From Phenylobacterium deserti (GTDB taxonomy: Bacteria; Pseudomonadota; Alphaproteobacteria; Caulobacterales; Caulobacteraceae), in the NCBI GenBank assembly GCA_945874825.1, contig CAMCIK010000004.1:4606-68605 (forward strand): a stretch of 64,000 nucleotides of DNA. Reading direction: 5' to 3'. Every line of letters starts with the position of its first letter. The first letter of the stretch is position 1. Positions 40,591 through 51,389 of this stretch are shown here, in pieces. The position numbers were made by a program, and so were the translations under genes. The notes below the pieces were generated by a model that worked only from the letters and a program-made list of their open reading frames with translations, was not told the origin of the DNA and ran no database searches.

Positions 40591-41460
40591 TCAGGTGCCC
40601 GTCTCCATCGGCAGGTCTGGATCGCGGGTCCACTCGGACATGGACCCGTCGTAGACGGAGACGGAGGGATGTCCCAGCCGGGTCAGGGCCAGGGCGTCCA
40701 TGGTCGCCGAGATACCGCCGCCGCAATAGACGATGACCCGGGAACGCTGGAGGGCGCCGACGCCTTCGAACAGGGCGCGCAACTCCTCGTCGCTACGGTA
40801 CATGCCGTCCGCGTCCAGCAGGGCGGCATAGGGGACGTTGCGACTGCCCTTGATGTGGCCCTTGCGGCCATAGTTGACGTCGGCCTCGCCGCTGTGGACC
40901 CCGGCAGGCAGGGCGTTGACCGTGCAGACCGCGCCGTCGTCAATAGCCGCAAGGACATCCTGGCGATCCGCCCAGGCGCCCGGGCGCTCGTCAATCCGAA
41001 CCTCGGCAGGGGGATAGGTCCTCGACCCTGTTTCCACCGGGTGGCCCTCGGCGACCCAGCGGGCAAAGCCGCCGTCCAGCACGGCGACGTCCATAAAGCC
41101 CGCCGCCCTCAGGACCCACCACAGGCGGGTCGCCCACATCGGGGTGGAGGTGCTGTAGCAGACGATCTTCAGGTCGGGGTCGATCCCCGCCGCGCCCAGG
41201 GCCAGCACAAGGTCCTCGCCCTTGAGGCGCGTGAAGCCAAGGGCAGAGGACGGGTCCGACAGGTCCCGGGCCAGATCAACAAAGGCGGCGCCGGGGATGT
41301 GGCCCGCCTCATAGTCGGCACGCCCGCTCTCCACCCGGTAGGGGCCGGGCTGGGCGGGGCGCAGGTGGACCGTGGCGTCAAGAATTCGCACGCCAGGATC
41401 GTCCAGGTGGTCTGCCAGCCACCCCGTGCTCACAAGCCCGCGTCCATCCCAGCTCGCCAT
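40591..41460 (-). CDS. tandem-rhodanese sulfurtransferase (SseA/thiosulfate-3-mercaptopyruvate type)
   Basis: Two rhodanese domains with active-site loop VYCGGGISAT. ATG 41460 (MASWDGRGLVSTGWL) is preferred over track start 41517. Confidence 0.8.
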   Translation of the reverse strand: MASWDGRGLVSTGWLADHLDDPGVRILDATVHLRPAQPGPYRVESGRADYEAGHIPGAAFVDLARDLSDPSSALGFTRLKGEDLVLALGAAGIDPDLKIVCYSTSTPMWATRLWWVLRAAGFMDVAVLDGGFARWVAEGHPVETGSRTYPPAEVRIDERPGAWADRQDVLAAIDDGAVCTVNALPAGVHSGEADVNYGRKGHIKGSRNVPYAALLDADGMYRSDEELRALFEGVGALQRSRVIVYCGGGISATMDALALTRLGHPSVSVYDGSMSEWTRDPDLPMETGT

Positions 41461-41607
41461 GGTCAGTGCTCCCTGTGCGTTCACGGCGACACTCCCGTCC
41501 CGGCGAGCGAAGATCAAGCCTGTTGCAGCAGACCCTCCTGGCGGATTCTGGTTCCCGATGGGCGGCGGTCTCGCGTATGCAGGCGTGCAGGGACGCGGGA
41601 GGACGGC

Positions 41608-42888
41608 ATGGCGGTGGTCACGGAGATCCTCCAGCAGATGCAGGGGCTGGTCGGCGTCGCAATCCTTACGCTCGGCGCCTGGGCCCTGTCGGAGGACCGG
41701 AGCGGAAGGCCCGGATTCAGGTGGATTCTCGGTGCCCTCCTCCTGCAGGTCGTCGTCGCCCTAGTGGTGGTGCGGGTCCCCTTTGTCTGGTCCGTAATCG
41801 GCCTCGCCAACCATGCCGTGGCAGCGATTGAGAAGGCCACCCTGGTCGGTTCCAGCTACATGTTCGGCTATACCGGCGGCGCGCGGGCGCCCTTCGTGCT
41901 CAAGGAAGGCGCGGCATCGCCCTTGATCATCGCCTTCCAGATCCTGCCCCTGATCATCGTCTACTCGGCCCTGGCGGCCCTGCTCTGGCAATGGGGCGTC
42001 CTGTCGAGGATCGTTGCAGGCCTGTCGTGGGCCCTGCGGCGCACCCTGGGCGTCAGCGGGGTGGTGGGACTGAGCAGCGGTGCCAGCATCTTCCTCGGCG
42101 TGGTCGAGGCGCCCCTGGTGGTTCGCGCCTATTTCGAGCGAATGAGTCGGTCCGAGCTCTTCGCCGTCATGACCCTGGCGATGGCAACGATCTCGGGTGC
42201 CATCCTGGTCCTCTACGCCCAGACCCTGGCCAGGACGGTGCCTGACGCCGTGGGGCACATGATCTCGGCGTCCCTGATCTCCCTGCCGGCGGCGATCCTG
42301 ATCGCCCGGCTGATGGTGCCGGGCGTCGCCGCCACGGAGGCGTCCGTCGAGGAGACGGGCCTGCGCTATGACAGCAGCATCGACGCCATCGTCCGCGGGA
42401 CCATGGACGGGGTGCAGCTCTTCCTGGCGGTGATCGGCATGATCATCGTCATCTTCGCCCTGGTGGCCCTGGCAGACCAGGTCCTGGCCCTGGCGCCTGC
42501 AGTGCAGGGCGAACCCCTGAGCCTGAGACGGATCTTCGGCTGGCTGTTCGCGCCCCTGATGTGGACATTGGGCGTGCCCTGGGACCAGGCGCCCCAGGCG
42601 GGCGCCCTGATGGGGACCAAGACCATCCTGAACGAGTACGTCGCCTACATGGACCTGGCGGCCCTGCCCGCCGGGAGCCTGGACCCGCGCAGCCAGCTCA
42701 TCGTGACCTACGCCCTATGCGGCGTGGCCAACCTGGCCAGCGTTGGCCTCCTGGTCTCGACCATCGGGACCCTGGCCCCATCCCGTCGGGCGGAGGCCGC
42801 AGGTCTCGGCATGAAGTCCTGGGTTGCAGGGAACATGGCGTCGGCCATGACAGGGGCGGTGATCGGCCTCGTCACCCGCATCACCTGA
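41608..42888 (+). CDS. NupC/CNT family nucleoside transporter
   Basis: Only the last 427 codons of track ORF 40669..42888 are plausible. Starts MAVVTEILQQMQGLVGVAIL..., polytopic, with CNT-like ...GFVSIAG-type C-terminal region (..ALCGVANLASVG..). Confidence 0.75.
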   Translation: MAVVTEILQQMQGLVGVAILTLGAWALSEDRSGRPGFRWILGALLLQVVVALVVVRVPFVWSVIGLANHAVAAIEKATLVGSSYMFGYTGGARAPFVLKEGAASPLIIAFQILPLIIVYSALAALLWQWGVLSRIVAGLSWALRRTLGVSGVVGLSSGASIFLGVVEAPLVVRAYFERMSRSELFAVMTLAMATISGAILVLYAQTLARTVPDAVGHMISASLISLPAAILIARLMVPGVAATEASVEETGLRYDSSIDAIVRGTMDGVQLFLAVIGMIIVIFALVALADQVLALAPAVQGEPLSLRRIFGWLFAPLMWTLGVPWDQAPQAGALMGTKTILNEYVAYMDLAALPAGSLDPRSQLIVTYALCGVANLASVGLLVSTIGTLAPSRRAEAAGLGMKSWVAGNMASAMTGAVIGLVTRIT

Positions 42889-42893
42889 CCGAC

Positions 42894-43496
42894 ATGTTCG
42901 ACGCCCGCCTTCGCCCCCTGATCAATCCCGCCCTGGACCGGATGGGCACAGCCCTCGCCCGCCAGGGCGTGAGCGCCAACCAGGTGTCGGTAGCGGGCGC
43001 GGCCTTTGGCACCCTGGCGGGCCTTGCGATCGGCCTCGGCGAACCCCTGGCAGGCCTTGCCCTGGTCCTCGCGAGCCGCCTGCTGGACGGCCTGGACGGT
43101 GCCATCGCCCGGGCCAGCCAGCCCACGGACTTCGGCGGATACCTCGACATTATCTGCGACTATGTCTTCTACCTGGCCGTCCCCCTGGGCTTCGGTTTCG
43201 CGGCGCCGGCCAACCTGCCCTTCGCTATGCTGCTTGTGGCGGCGTTTACACTGACGGCGGTCAGCTTCCTGGCCTACGCGACTCTGGCCGCTAAGCAGGG
43301 CCTGGAAACCGGGGCCCATGGGCCGAAGAGCTTCTTCTACAGCACGGGGCTGGCCGAGGGCGCAGAGACCATCCTGGCCTTCGTCCTGATGTGCCTTTGG
43401 CCCACCGCGTTCGCGCAGATCGCCGCCATCTTCGCAGGCCTGTGCCTCCTCACGGTGATCCAGCGTAGCGTGATCGCCCGGCGTGTGTTTCGATGA
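42894..43496 (+). CDS. CDP-alcohol phosphatidyltransferase family protein
   Basis: ATG 42894. Motif DGLDGAIAR-x8-GGYLDIICD (D-G-x2-A-R...G-x3-D-x3-D). Confidence 0.75.
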   Translation: MFDARLRPLINPALDRMGTALARQGVSANQVSVAGAAFGTLAGLAIGLGEPLAGLALVLASRLLDGLDGAIARASQPTDFGGYLDIICDYVFYLAVPLGFGFAAPANLPFAMLLVAAFTLTAVSFLAYATLAAKQGLETGAHGPKSFFYSTGLAEGAETILAFVLMCLWPTAFAQIAAIFAGLCLLTVIQRSVIARRVFR

Positions 43497-43544
43497 CCCT
43501 GAGAACGCCGCCCGCCGGGCGCGCGCAGACCTGAAGGTTCCCGC

Positions 43545-44354
43545 ATGAGACTCAAGCTGGCCCGCGCTTCGCTGATCGTTTCCCTCCTCCTGCCCCTCTA
43601 CTTCATGGTGGCGGCGCTGGGTGTGAAGTTCGGCCTCTGGTCCTGGCAGACCGGGCTTATGAAGATGATCATCCAGCTCGGGGCGCCGCTGATCGGGCTC
43701 ACCCTCCTCCTGGGCCTCGTCGCGGTAGCCGTCACCGTCTTCCGGAGGCCGCGCACCGGCTGGCGGATGGCCCTGGCCGGCCTTCTGGTCCCGGTCCTCG
43801 CCCTGGCCTATGTGGGTCAGGTCCAGTCCAGGTCGGCGCGCATTCCCCCGATCCATGACATCTCCACCGACATCGTCGATCCACCGGTCTTTTCCCCGGC
43901 CGTAATGGCCGCCCGGCAGGCTGCAGGGGCCAATCCGGTGAACGCCATGGACGCGCCGATGGGCAGCCTCCCCGCCTACACGGCCCCCAGCTTCGCCGCG
44001 CTGGCCGCCAAGACCCTCGGGCAGGTCGGGCATGAGGCCTATCCCGCCGTGCGCTCCCTGGCCCTTCCCATGAGTCCTGACCGGGTCGCCGCAGCGGCCG
44101 AGGCCGAGGCCAAGGCCCAGGGCTGGACGCTGACGACCTCTAACCCGGGCGGAGGCGTCCTCGAAGCGACCGCGGAAACCTTTTGGTTCGGCTTCAAGGA
44201 CGACATCGCCATCCGTGTCCGGCCTGGGGCGAGCGGAGGCTCTGTCGTGGACGTCCGCTCCACCTCGCGTGTCGGCCTGAGCGATATCGGCGCCAACGCC
44301 GCCCGGATCGAGGCCTTCCTGGCGCGCCTGAAGGTCCGGGCGGCAGGCGGATAG
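43545..44354 (+). CDS. DUF1499 domain-containing membrane protein
   Basis: 269 aa with N-terminal TM helices. C-terminal FGFKDDIAIRV...VDVRS.SRVG.SD.G.NA.RI is DUF1499-like. Confidence 0.55.
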   Translation: MRLKLARASLIVSLLLPLYFMVAALGVKFGLWSWQTGLMKMIIQLGAPLIGLTLLLGLVAVAVTVFRRPRTGWRMALAGLLVPVLALAYVGQVQSRSARIPPIHDISTDIVDPPVFSPAVMAARQAAGANPVNAMDAPMGSLPAYTAPSFAALAAKTLGQVGHEAYPAVRSLALPMSPDRVAAAAEAEAKAQGWTLTTSNPGGGVLEATAETFWFGFKDDIAIRVRPGASGGSVVDVRSTSRVGLSDIGANAARIEAFLARLKVRAAGG

Positions 44355-44363
44355 CCGCAGAGG

Positions 44364-45494
44364 GTGAGCCGCTCACGCATCCGCGTCGTCCTTGCGGGAG
44401 CGGGACACGCTCATCTCCGGGTGCTGGGACGCGCCGGCACCCTGCGGGCGGCTGGGGTCGAGCCGATCCTTGTCGCGCCTCCAGCCTTCCATTATTCGGG
44501 CCTGGCGACCGCCGTGCTGTCGGGGGCTCTCCCGCCCGAAAGGGCCGTCCTGGACGTCGCCGCCCTCGCCGCCCGCTTCGGCGTCCCACACATCGCAGGC
44601 AAGGTGGCGGCTGTTGACCGGCAGGCCCGGCGCCTATGCCTCTCCGACGGGCAGGAGCTCGCCTACGACGCCGTCTCGTTCAACATCGGGAGTGTCACGG
44701 ACCCCGGGGGCGACCTTCCGGGCGAGGGCGAGACCTGGCGGGTCAAGCCGCTCTCAGGCCTTGCAGGCCTTCGCGCGCGACTGGACGACCACATTGCAGA
44801 TGGCGTTTCGCCGTCCATCGTGGTGGCCGGCGGTGGGCCCACGGGGTTCGAGGTGGCCGCCGCACTCGCCGGACGGATGGAACGGGCGGGCCTGTCGCCC
44901 GGGATGGTGATCCTCCGGCGGTCGACTCCGGACTGGGCACCCGGTCGGGCCCTGGAAAGGCTCTCGGCGGCGCTCCAGAGTCGCGGGATCCTCCAGACGT
45001 CGGGCGAGGCCACCAGCCGAAGACCGGGGGAGGTCCTGCTCTCCGATGGAAGAGCCCTGCCCTGCGACCTCCTCGTCCTGGCCACGGGCCTGCAGGCGCC
45101 CGCCATCTTCGGCGGCCTGGGCCTGCCCCTTTTCGCGGACGGTCGCCTGGAGGTCGGGCCCACGCTCCAGTCGCCGGGGGACCCCACCGTCTTCGCTGTC
45201 GGGGACTGCGCGGTGATCACCGGTTCGCCGCGTCCCCCGGCCGGGGTGTTCGGGGTGCGGGCCGCGCCGACACTTGCGCACAACCTGGCGGCGCTGGGGA
45301 CAGGCGCGCGCCTTGCAACCTACACGCCCCAGGCACGCTGGCTCTCCATCCTGGACCTGGGCGACGGGACGGGACTGGCCCTGAGAGGCCGGCTCTGGAG
45401 TCTCGGGCGCGGCGCGCTCATCCTCAAGCGCCGGCTCGATCTTGGCTTCATCGACGGTCTGCGGGCGACCTCAGGCGAAATGCTTGAGGACTGA
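44364..45494 (+). CDS. FAD-dependent pyridine nucleotide-disulfide oxidoreductase (NADH dehydrogenase-like)
   Basis: 376 aa. Rossmann motifs VVLAGAGHAH and IVVAGGGPTGFE. GTG start. Confidence 0.7.
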   Translation: MSRSRIRVVLAGAGHAHLRVLGRAGTLRAAGVEPILVAPPAFHYSGLATAVLSGALPPERAVLDVAALAARFGVPHIAGKVAAVDRQARRLCLSDGQELAYDAVSFNIGSVTDPGGDLPGEGETWRVKPLSGLAGLRARLDDHIADGVSPSIVVAGGGPTGFEVAAALAGRMERAGLSPGMVILRRSTPDWAPGRALERLSAALQSRGILQTSGEATSRRPGEVLLSDGRALPCDLLVLATGLQAPAIFGGLGLPLFADGRLEVGPTLQSPGDPTVFAVGDCAVITGSPRPPAGVFGVRAAPTLAHNLAALGTGARLATYTPQARWLSILDLGDGTGLALRGRLWSLGRGALILKRRLDLGFIDGLRATSGEMLED

Positions 45495-46889
45495 CACCAG
45501 CTTCCGGGTCCGGTCGGAGAACAGGGCCGGGGTGTAGAACTGGCTGGCGAGGCGCTTGTTGATCTCGCCGCGGGTCGGATAGGGCGCGATCATCCCGGTC
45601 ATCTGGCTGAGCTTCAGCCCCGAGGCCAGGGCCAGGGACCAGAGGTGGATGTGGTCCCCCGCATGGCGGCCTACCAGGGTGACGCCCAGGACCTTGCCGC
45701 GAGCGGAGGTGATGAGCTTGCCGAAGCCGCGGACGTCGCCTTCCGCCTGGGCGCGGTCGTTCTCGGCAAACTCGAAGACCTGGATACGGACGTCCTCCCC
45801 GTGGAGACGGCGCGCTTCGGCCTCGCCAAGACCGATCGCCGCCACCTCGGGGTCGCAGTAGGTCACCCTCGGCACGTGCAGAGTGTCTGCGTTGACCGGC
45901 AGGGCGAAGAGGGCCCGCCGCACCACCAGGGAGGCGTGAGTGCCGGCCAGATGGGTGAACTGGCCCCGCCCGGCAGCGTCGCCGATGGCGAAGACCCGGC
46001 GGTTGGTGGTGAGAAGGGAGCGGTCAGTGCGTACGCCCTGCCGGTCGTAGGCGATCCCGGCGGCCTCCAGGTCCAGCCCCTCCAGAGAAGGCGTGCGTCC
46101 CACGGCGACCAGCAGGTGGGAACCGGTGACCCGGACCTCCTGGTCCCCTGACTGCACGATCACAACCGGCCCCGGCTCGACCCGAAGCGCCCGGCCGCCG
46201 GCCAGGATCTCGACACCGTCAGCGAGCAGCTGGCGGCGCACCACCTCGGCGGCCTCGGGATCCTCCCGGCCCAGGATGTCGTCGGCTTCAATGATCACGA
46301 CCGCCGAGCCCAGCCGGCGGAAGGCCTGTCCGAGCTCGACCCCGATGGGACCCCCACCCAGGACGATCAGGCGCTCTGGAAGGGCGGTGAGTTCGAAGAC
46401 GGTCTCATTGGTCAGGTAGGGCGTGGCGTCCAGTCCCGGGATGGGGGGAACGGAGGCCCGGGAGCCCGTGGCGATGACGAACTTGCGGGCGGCGACGCGG
46501 AGGCTGTCGCTGGCGACGGTGCGGGCGTCCACGAAGTGGGCCGCCTCGCGGACGACCTGGACGCCGAGGCCCTCGAAGCGCTCCTGGCTGTCGACCGGGG
46601 CGATGGTGCGGATGGTGTCGCGGACGTGGGCCATGACCCGGGCGAAGTCGACCTCGACCTGGCCGGCGGTGACGCCAAGGCCCCCTCCGCTGCGGGCCGC
46701 ATGGGCGGCGGAGGCGGCGGCGATCAGGGCCTTGGAGGGCACGCAGCCGTAGTTGAGACAGTCGCCCCCCATCTCGCCCTTCTCGAAGAGGACGACCTTC
46801 AGGCCCAGTTGGGCGGCACCTGCGGCGACGGAGAGGCCGCCGGATCCGGCGCCGATGATGGCGATGTCTGCCTGGATCGTCTGGGTCAC
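45471..46889 (-). CDS. flavoprotein disulfide reductase (dihydrolipoyl dehydrogenase / mercuric reductase-like)
   Basis: 472 aa. IIGAGSGG and redox disulfide GGDCLNYGCVPSK. Confidence 0.8.
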   Translation of the reverse strand: MTQTIQADIAIIGAGSGGLSVAAGAAQLGLKVVLFEKGEMGGDCLNYGCVPSKALIAAASAAHAARSGGGLGVTAGQVEVDFARVMAHVRDTIRTIAPVDSQERFEGLGVQVVREAAHFVDARTVASDSLRVAARKFVIATGSRASVPPIPGLDATPYLTNETVFELTALPERLIVLGGGPIGVELGQAFRRLGSAVVIIEADDILGREDPEAAEVVRRQLLADGVEILAGGRALRVEPGPVVIVQSGDQEVRVTGSHLLVAVGRTPSLEGLDLEAAGIAYDRQGVRTDRSLLTTNRRVFAIGDAAGRGQFTHLAGTHASLVVRRALFALPVNADTLHVPRVTYCDPEVAAIGLGEAEARRLHGEDVRIQVFEFAENDRAQAEGDVRGFGKLITSARGKVLGVTLVGRHAGDHIHLWSLALASGLKLSQMTGMIAPYPTRGEINKRLASQFYTPALFSDRTRKLVSVLKHFA

Positions 46890-47602
46890 AGGGTCTTCCC
46901 CGAGCGGGCGCGAAGGCGCTGGAAGATGGTGGCACCCAGGGTGAGTAGGCCCAGCGCCACCAGGGGCAGGAAGACCTTGGGCGAGAAGATGACCCCGAGG
47001 TCGGGGGTCCCGCCGCGGGAGAGAATCTCGCCGATCCCGGCACCGATCCCGCTGTAGATGAAGGTGGCCGGCATGATGCCCAGGAAGGTGGCCAGGGCGT
47101 AGGCCCGCAGGGGCGCGTGGGCGAGGGCGGCGGCCACGTTGACCAGCCAGAAGGGCGCCAGGGGGATGAGGCGCAGGGTCAGGATGTAGCCGAAGGCGCC
47201 TTCCTGGACCCCGTCAATCACCGCCTTGAGCCGCCCGCCCGAGGCCTCGGCACGCTCGCGCAGGGCCTGTCCGAAGGAGGTCTTCACCGCATAGAAGACC
47301 AGGATGGCGCCGAGGGTGGCACCGACCACAGTGGCCGCGCCGCCGACCCAGGTCCCGAACAGGAAGCCGCCGGCCAGGGTCAGGATCGTCCCACCGGGCA
47401 GGCTGACGGCGGTGGCGAGAGCGTAGACCGCGATGAAGGCCAGGAGCGCGAGGGGCAACTGCTGGGCGACGAAGGCCCGGAGCCCAGCCTCATGCGACTG
47501 TAGGGCGTCCAGGTTCAGATACTGGCTGGCACCGCTGGCGAAGATGGCGACGGCACCTGCCAGCAGCAGGAGCAGGGGGGCGAAACGTTTGAGGCGGGCC
47601 AT
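46886..47602 (-). CDS. TVP38/TMEM64 (DedA-superfamily) membrane protein
   Basis: 238 aa, polytopic. The stop overlaps the start of the downstream reductase, a pairing I have seen often. Confidence 0.7.
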   Translation of the reverse strand: MARLKRFAPLLLLLAGAVAIFASGASQYLNLDALQSHEAGLRAFVAQQLPLALLAFIAVYALATAVSLPGGTILTLAGGFLFGTWVGGAATVVGATLGAILVFYAVKTSFGQALRERAEASGGRLKAVIDGVQEGAFGYILTLRLIPLAPFWLVNVAAALAHAPLRAYALATFLGIMPATFIYSGIGAGIGEILSRGGTPDLGVIFSPKVFLPLVALGLLTLGATIFQRLRARSGKTL

Positions 47603-47775
47603 CCGGTCTCCGATGCGGCTTGGAAGCGCCGTCTTACCGGCGACGACGAGAACGATCCATGCCCTTACAGCATCAGAAGGGGATCGGGCGCGCCCAGGGT
47701 CGTCAATTCCGCTGGGTCTGGGATGGCCTCTGGTCCATCATGCCGGTTGGGGGAATGCTTCGGAGAGTCCTGTCC

Positions 47776-48861
47776 ATGCCGTCTGAGACCGCCACCCTTT
47801 CCGGCCGTACGGGAGCCACCGTCGAATGCCTCACCCTGCGCCGGCCAGACGACTGGCATGTGCACCTGCGCGACGGTGCCATGCTGGCCTCGGTGGTCGA
47901 CTACACGGCCCGGCAGTTCGGCCGCGCCATCGTCATGCCCAACCTCAAGCCGCCGGTGACCACCGTCGCCGCCGCCCGGGCCTACCGCGAGCGTATCCTG
48001 GCGGCAGTGGAGCCCGGCCTCGAGTTCACGCCCCTGATGACCTGCTACCTCACCGACGGGATGGACCCGGGCGAGGTGGAGCGTGGCTTCGCAGAAGGCG
48101 TCTTCACGGCCTGCAAGCTTTATCCGGCGCACGCCACCACCAACTCCGCGGCGGGCGTCACGGACGTGCGTCACATCCACAGCGTGCTGGAGGCCATGGA
48201 GAGGATCGGCATGCCCTTGCTGATCCATGGCGAGGTCACCGACCACGAGGTCGACATCTTCGACCGGGAGGCCGTCTTCATCGACCGGGTTCTCCGCAAG
48301 CTCGTTGCAGACTTCCCGGCCCTGAAGGTGGTGTTCGAGCACATCACCACGGCGAATGCCGTCGCCTTCGTCGAGGCCTCGGGGCCGAACGTGGCGGCGA
48401 CCATCACCCCGCACCACCTGGCCATCAATCGCAACGCCATGTTCGAGGGCGGGATCCGACCGCACTTCTACTGCCTGCCCATCGCCAAGCGCGAGCCGCA
48501 CAGGCTGGCCCTGTGCAGGGCCGCCATCTCCGGCTCGCCCAAGTTCTTCCTCGGCACCGACTCGGCGCCGCACCCGGTGGGCGACAAGGAGACGTCCTGC
48601 GGATGCGCTGGCATCTTCAACGCCCCCTTCGCCCTGGAAAGTTATGCGGCGATTTTTGAGGCGGAAGGGGCCCTGGACCGGCTGGAGGCCTTCGCCTCGG
48701 AGAACGGCCCGCGCTTCTACGGCCTGCCCCTGAACACCGGGACCGTGACCCTTGAGCGGCGCACTGTGCCAGTTCCCGAGGTTCTAAAGCTGACGGCGGC
48801 CGACCTCGTTCCCTTCCACGCAGGTGAAGCGCTGGGCTGGAGCCTCGTCAGCGCCGGCTGA
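47776..48861 (+). CDS. pyrC: dihydroorotase (homodimeric type)
   Basis: ATG 47776 preceded by [24 protein letters not shown] and later FLGTDSAPH motifs. Confidence 0.9.
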   Translation: MPSETATLSGRTGATVECLTLRRPDDWHVHLRDGAMLASVVDYTARQFGRAIVMPNLKPPVTTVAAARAYRERILAAVEPGLEFTPLMTCYLTDGMDPGEVERGFAEGVFTACKLYPAHATTNSAAGVTDVRHIHSVLEAMERIGMPLLIHGEVTDHEVDIFDREAVFIDRVLRKLVADFPALKVVFEHITTANAVAFVEASGPNVAATITPHHLAINRNAMFEGGIRPHFYCLPIAKREPHRLALCRAAISGSPKFFLGTDSAPHPVGDKETSCGCAGIFNAPFALESYAAIFEAEGALDRLEAFASENGPRFYGLPLNTGTVTLERRTVPVPEVLKLTAADLVPFHAGEALGWSLVSAG

Positions 48862-48980
48862 GCGGGTGGACTGCGTGGCTTCCAGGATCGGAGGCGACAC
48901 GCCGACATACTGGCCAGGAAGGCGGCAGCGCGCCCAAGCCCCCACCGTTGAACCGGCCCGGCCGGGCTGATCACAGTGGG

Positions 48981-48998
48981 GGCTCGTCGCGACGAGCC
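48981..48998. terminator. perfect 18-bp palindrome between convergent pyrC and the TonB receptor
   Basis: GGCTCGTCG/CGACGAGCC ending 3 nt from the receptor stop codon. A second GCCCGG/CCGGGC palindrome lies about 20 nt away. Confidence 0.45.
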
Positions 48999-49001
48999 TG
49001 C

Positions 49002-51389
49002 CTAGTACTTGATGGAGAAGGCGGCACCGAAATAGCGGGGCTCGCCAGCGATGAAGGTCGGGATCCCGAACGCACCGCCCGTGTTACCAGCATCCTTGAT
49101 GTATTCTTGATCCAACAGGTTGGAGACGAAACCTTCCACCCTCCAGTTCGCATTGGTCGGCTGGTAGGAAACACGAAGGTTCAAGAGGCCGTAGGGATCC
49201 TGATATTCATCCTGGACCCTGTCACCTGTGCTCTGAAGCGCCGGAATGTCGTTGTCGTTGTCAAAGAAAACCTTTGATTGCCACGTATAGGTGGGAAGGA
49301 AGACAAGATCTCCTTCCAGAATTTGGAAACTGTATTTCAGTCCGAACGAGACAGTATGATCCGGAGAGAGACGGAAGCTGTTGCCCTCGAAGCGCCCATT
49401 ATCAAATCGGCCATTATTGAAACCGTAGGTGCCAAAGACCATCAGCTCGCGAACCGGCTTCCAGTTTACCTGACCCTCAAAGCCTGTTGCGGAGGCATCC
49501 CCAGCGCTAATCGTCTGGAATACGCCTGGAGAGACCTGAATGCTCGTCTGGAAGTTCGTATACGAGAACTGATAGATTGACCCCTCAAGGGAGAGGCGAC
49601 GGTCGAGCCATTGGGTCTTCGCCCCGGCTTCGTAGGAGTCGACGATCTCGGCGGCGACGGGAGTGAAGCGGGCATTGCCTTGCGGCGCCGCCGGCGCGCC
49701 CGGCGACAGCACCTCGGGACGCCGACCGCGGGAGTGGGTGACGAAAAGGCTGATATCATCGGACACGGAGTAACGGCCCACGATCCGATAGGTCACGCCC
49801 GAGTCGGAGAAGGACTGGTACTGGGGAAGGCCCCCCGGCGTGGACTGCAGGAAGATGCCACGGGCGGTGGCCGGATTGGCCGCGGCGGCCGCAGAGCCGC
49901 TGGTCAGGACAGAGCCGCCATTGTCGAGTGTACCGCGGTACCCGGACCTCTTTTCGTCGCTGCTGTAGCGCACGCCAGCCGAGACCTCGAACTGGTCGGT
50001 AAACTTGTACGTGGCATCGGCGAACACATCGTACGAGGTCGTGCGACCATAGTTCTCGAAGGTCTCGCGATGGACCAGCTTCAGCGTGCTGAGGGCCGCC
50101 GCTGAGTTGATGGTGTCGATCGCCGGGACGTTTGGCGGCGTGAAGCCGAGCTGGCCGGCAAGGGCCGGCGTGGTGCGCGCCGCGAACACGCGCTCATTGT
50201 ACTGAAGCGGCACAGCCTGGGACCCGTCCTCGTGGAAGTATCCGACGCCGGCAAAGGCGCTCAAACGGGTGCCGCTATCGTAGTTGATGCGGAATTCCTG
50301 GCTGTACTGGTCGCCCCGAGCGTCCTCCGCGAAGACGAAGAGCGGAAGCGAGAAGCCGTCCGCGTCGAACACTTCCAAAGACTCGAAGCGGCGAAACGCG
50401 GTGATGGAAGACAGCCGGAGCGTATCGCTGAACTTGTATCCGACGAGCCCGGTGACGCCCCAGGTCGTCCGCTCCAGGCCGAGATCACGACCGCCTGAGA
50501 AGCCATCGCTGGAGGCCAGAGCCGCGCCGGAGTTCCGGCCCAGATCGCCAAGAACGCGGCCCGTAAGCGTATCGGTCGGAAGATAGGTCAACGACTTGAA
50601 CGATGTCCCGGTGGGGTTGTTCTCCTCGTAGTTGAGGATCAGGTCTGCATCGAGGTTTTCGCTCGGGCTCCACTTGAGGACCGCACGGTAGGCTGCGGTG
50701 TCTGTGGAATTGAAGTCCCGTCCACCCAGCAGGTTATCGACATACCCGTCGCGTGTCTTGACACGGCCCGCAAACCGGACCGCGAGGGTCGGGCTCAGCG
50801 GGAGATTGACCATCGCTTCGATGCCGCGGAAATCGTAGTTTCCGGCCTCAAACTTGGCGGCAGCGGCGAAGCCGCTGGGATCCGCCTTGTTCTGGACGAC
50901 GTTGACCGCGCCGAGCAGGGCGCTCCGTCCGAAGAGGGTCGACTGCGGTCCCTTGGCAATTTCAATCCGCGCGTTGTCGAAGAGTTCGATGTACGAGCCG
51001 CGGGACTTGGATATGGACACGCCGTCCTGGAAGACCGAGACGCGAGGCTCCACGGTGGCACCACCGTCATCGGAGGTGATGCCGCGAATGACAAATCCAG
51101 GATTATTTGGCGACTGGTTCTGGACCTCAAAGCCCGGGACAAAGAGGGACAGTTCCTCGAACTCCTGGACGCCGATCTCGTCCAGGAAGGTTCCGGTATA
51201 GGCGGTCAAGGCGATCGGGACGTCGAGGGTCCTCTGTTCGCGCTTCTGAGCGGTGACAATCAGTTCCTCAATATAGCCTTCTCCGGGCGCCCGAGCTCCG
51301 GAGACCTGCGCATGAGCGCCGGAAAAAGCGAGCAAGGCAGATGTGCACACCGTGCAAAAAACAAGTCCACGAACCGATCGACGCAACAT
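49002..51389 (-). CDS. TonB-dependent receptor
   Basis: ATG 51389 (GAGGGTG SD) gives a signal peptide ending AHA-Q. Plug region (ELIVTAQKREQ..DVPIAL), long beta-barrel and aromatic C-terminus (..FSIKY). GC is lower by eye than in the core. Confidence 0.88.
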   Translation of the reverse strand: MLRRSVRGLVFCTVCTSALLAFSGAHAQVSGARAPGEGYIEELIVTAQKREQRTLDVPIALTAYTGTFLDEIGVQEFEELSLFVPGFEVQNQSPNNPGFVIRGITSDDGGATVEPRVSVFQDGVSISKSRGSYIELFDNARIEIAKGPQSTLFGRSALLGAVNVVQNKADPSGFAAAAKFEAGNYDFRGIEAMVNLPLSPTLAVRFAGRVKTRDGYVDNLLGGRDFNSTDTAAYRAVLKWSPSENLDADLILNYEENNPTGTSFKSLTYLPTDTLTGRVLGDLGRNSGAALASSDGFSGGRDLGLERTTWGVTGLVGYKFSDTLRLSSITAFRRFESLEVFDADGFSLPLFVFAEDARGDQYSQEFRINYDSGTRLSAFAGVGYFHEDGSQAVPLQYNERVFAARTTPALAGQLGFTPPNVPAIDTINSAAALSTLKLVHRETFENYGRTTSYDVFADATYKFTDQFEVSAGVRYSSDEKRSGYRGTLDNGGSVLTSGSAAAAANPATARGIFLQSTPGGLPQYQSFSDSGVTYRIVGRYSVSDDISLFVTHSRGRRPEVLSPGAPAAPQGNARFTPVAAEIVDSYEAGAKTQWLDRRLSLEGSIYQFSYTNFQTSIQVSPGVFQTISAGDASATGFEGQVNWKPVRELMVFGTYGFNNGRFDNGRFEGNSFRLSPDHTVSFGLKYSFQILEGDLVFLPTYTWQSKVFFDNDNDIPALQSTGDRVQDEYQDPYGLLNLRVSYQPTNANWRVEGFVSNLLDQEYIKDAGNTGGAFGIPTFIAGEPRYFGAAFSIKY

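Noticed and set aside
40669-41607. N-terminal 313 codons of the 739-aa ORF 40669..42888
   Set aside because: Antisense to the rhodanese gene. Transporter-like sequence begins only at ATG 41608.
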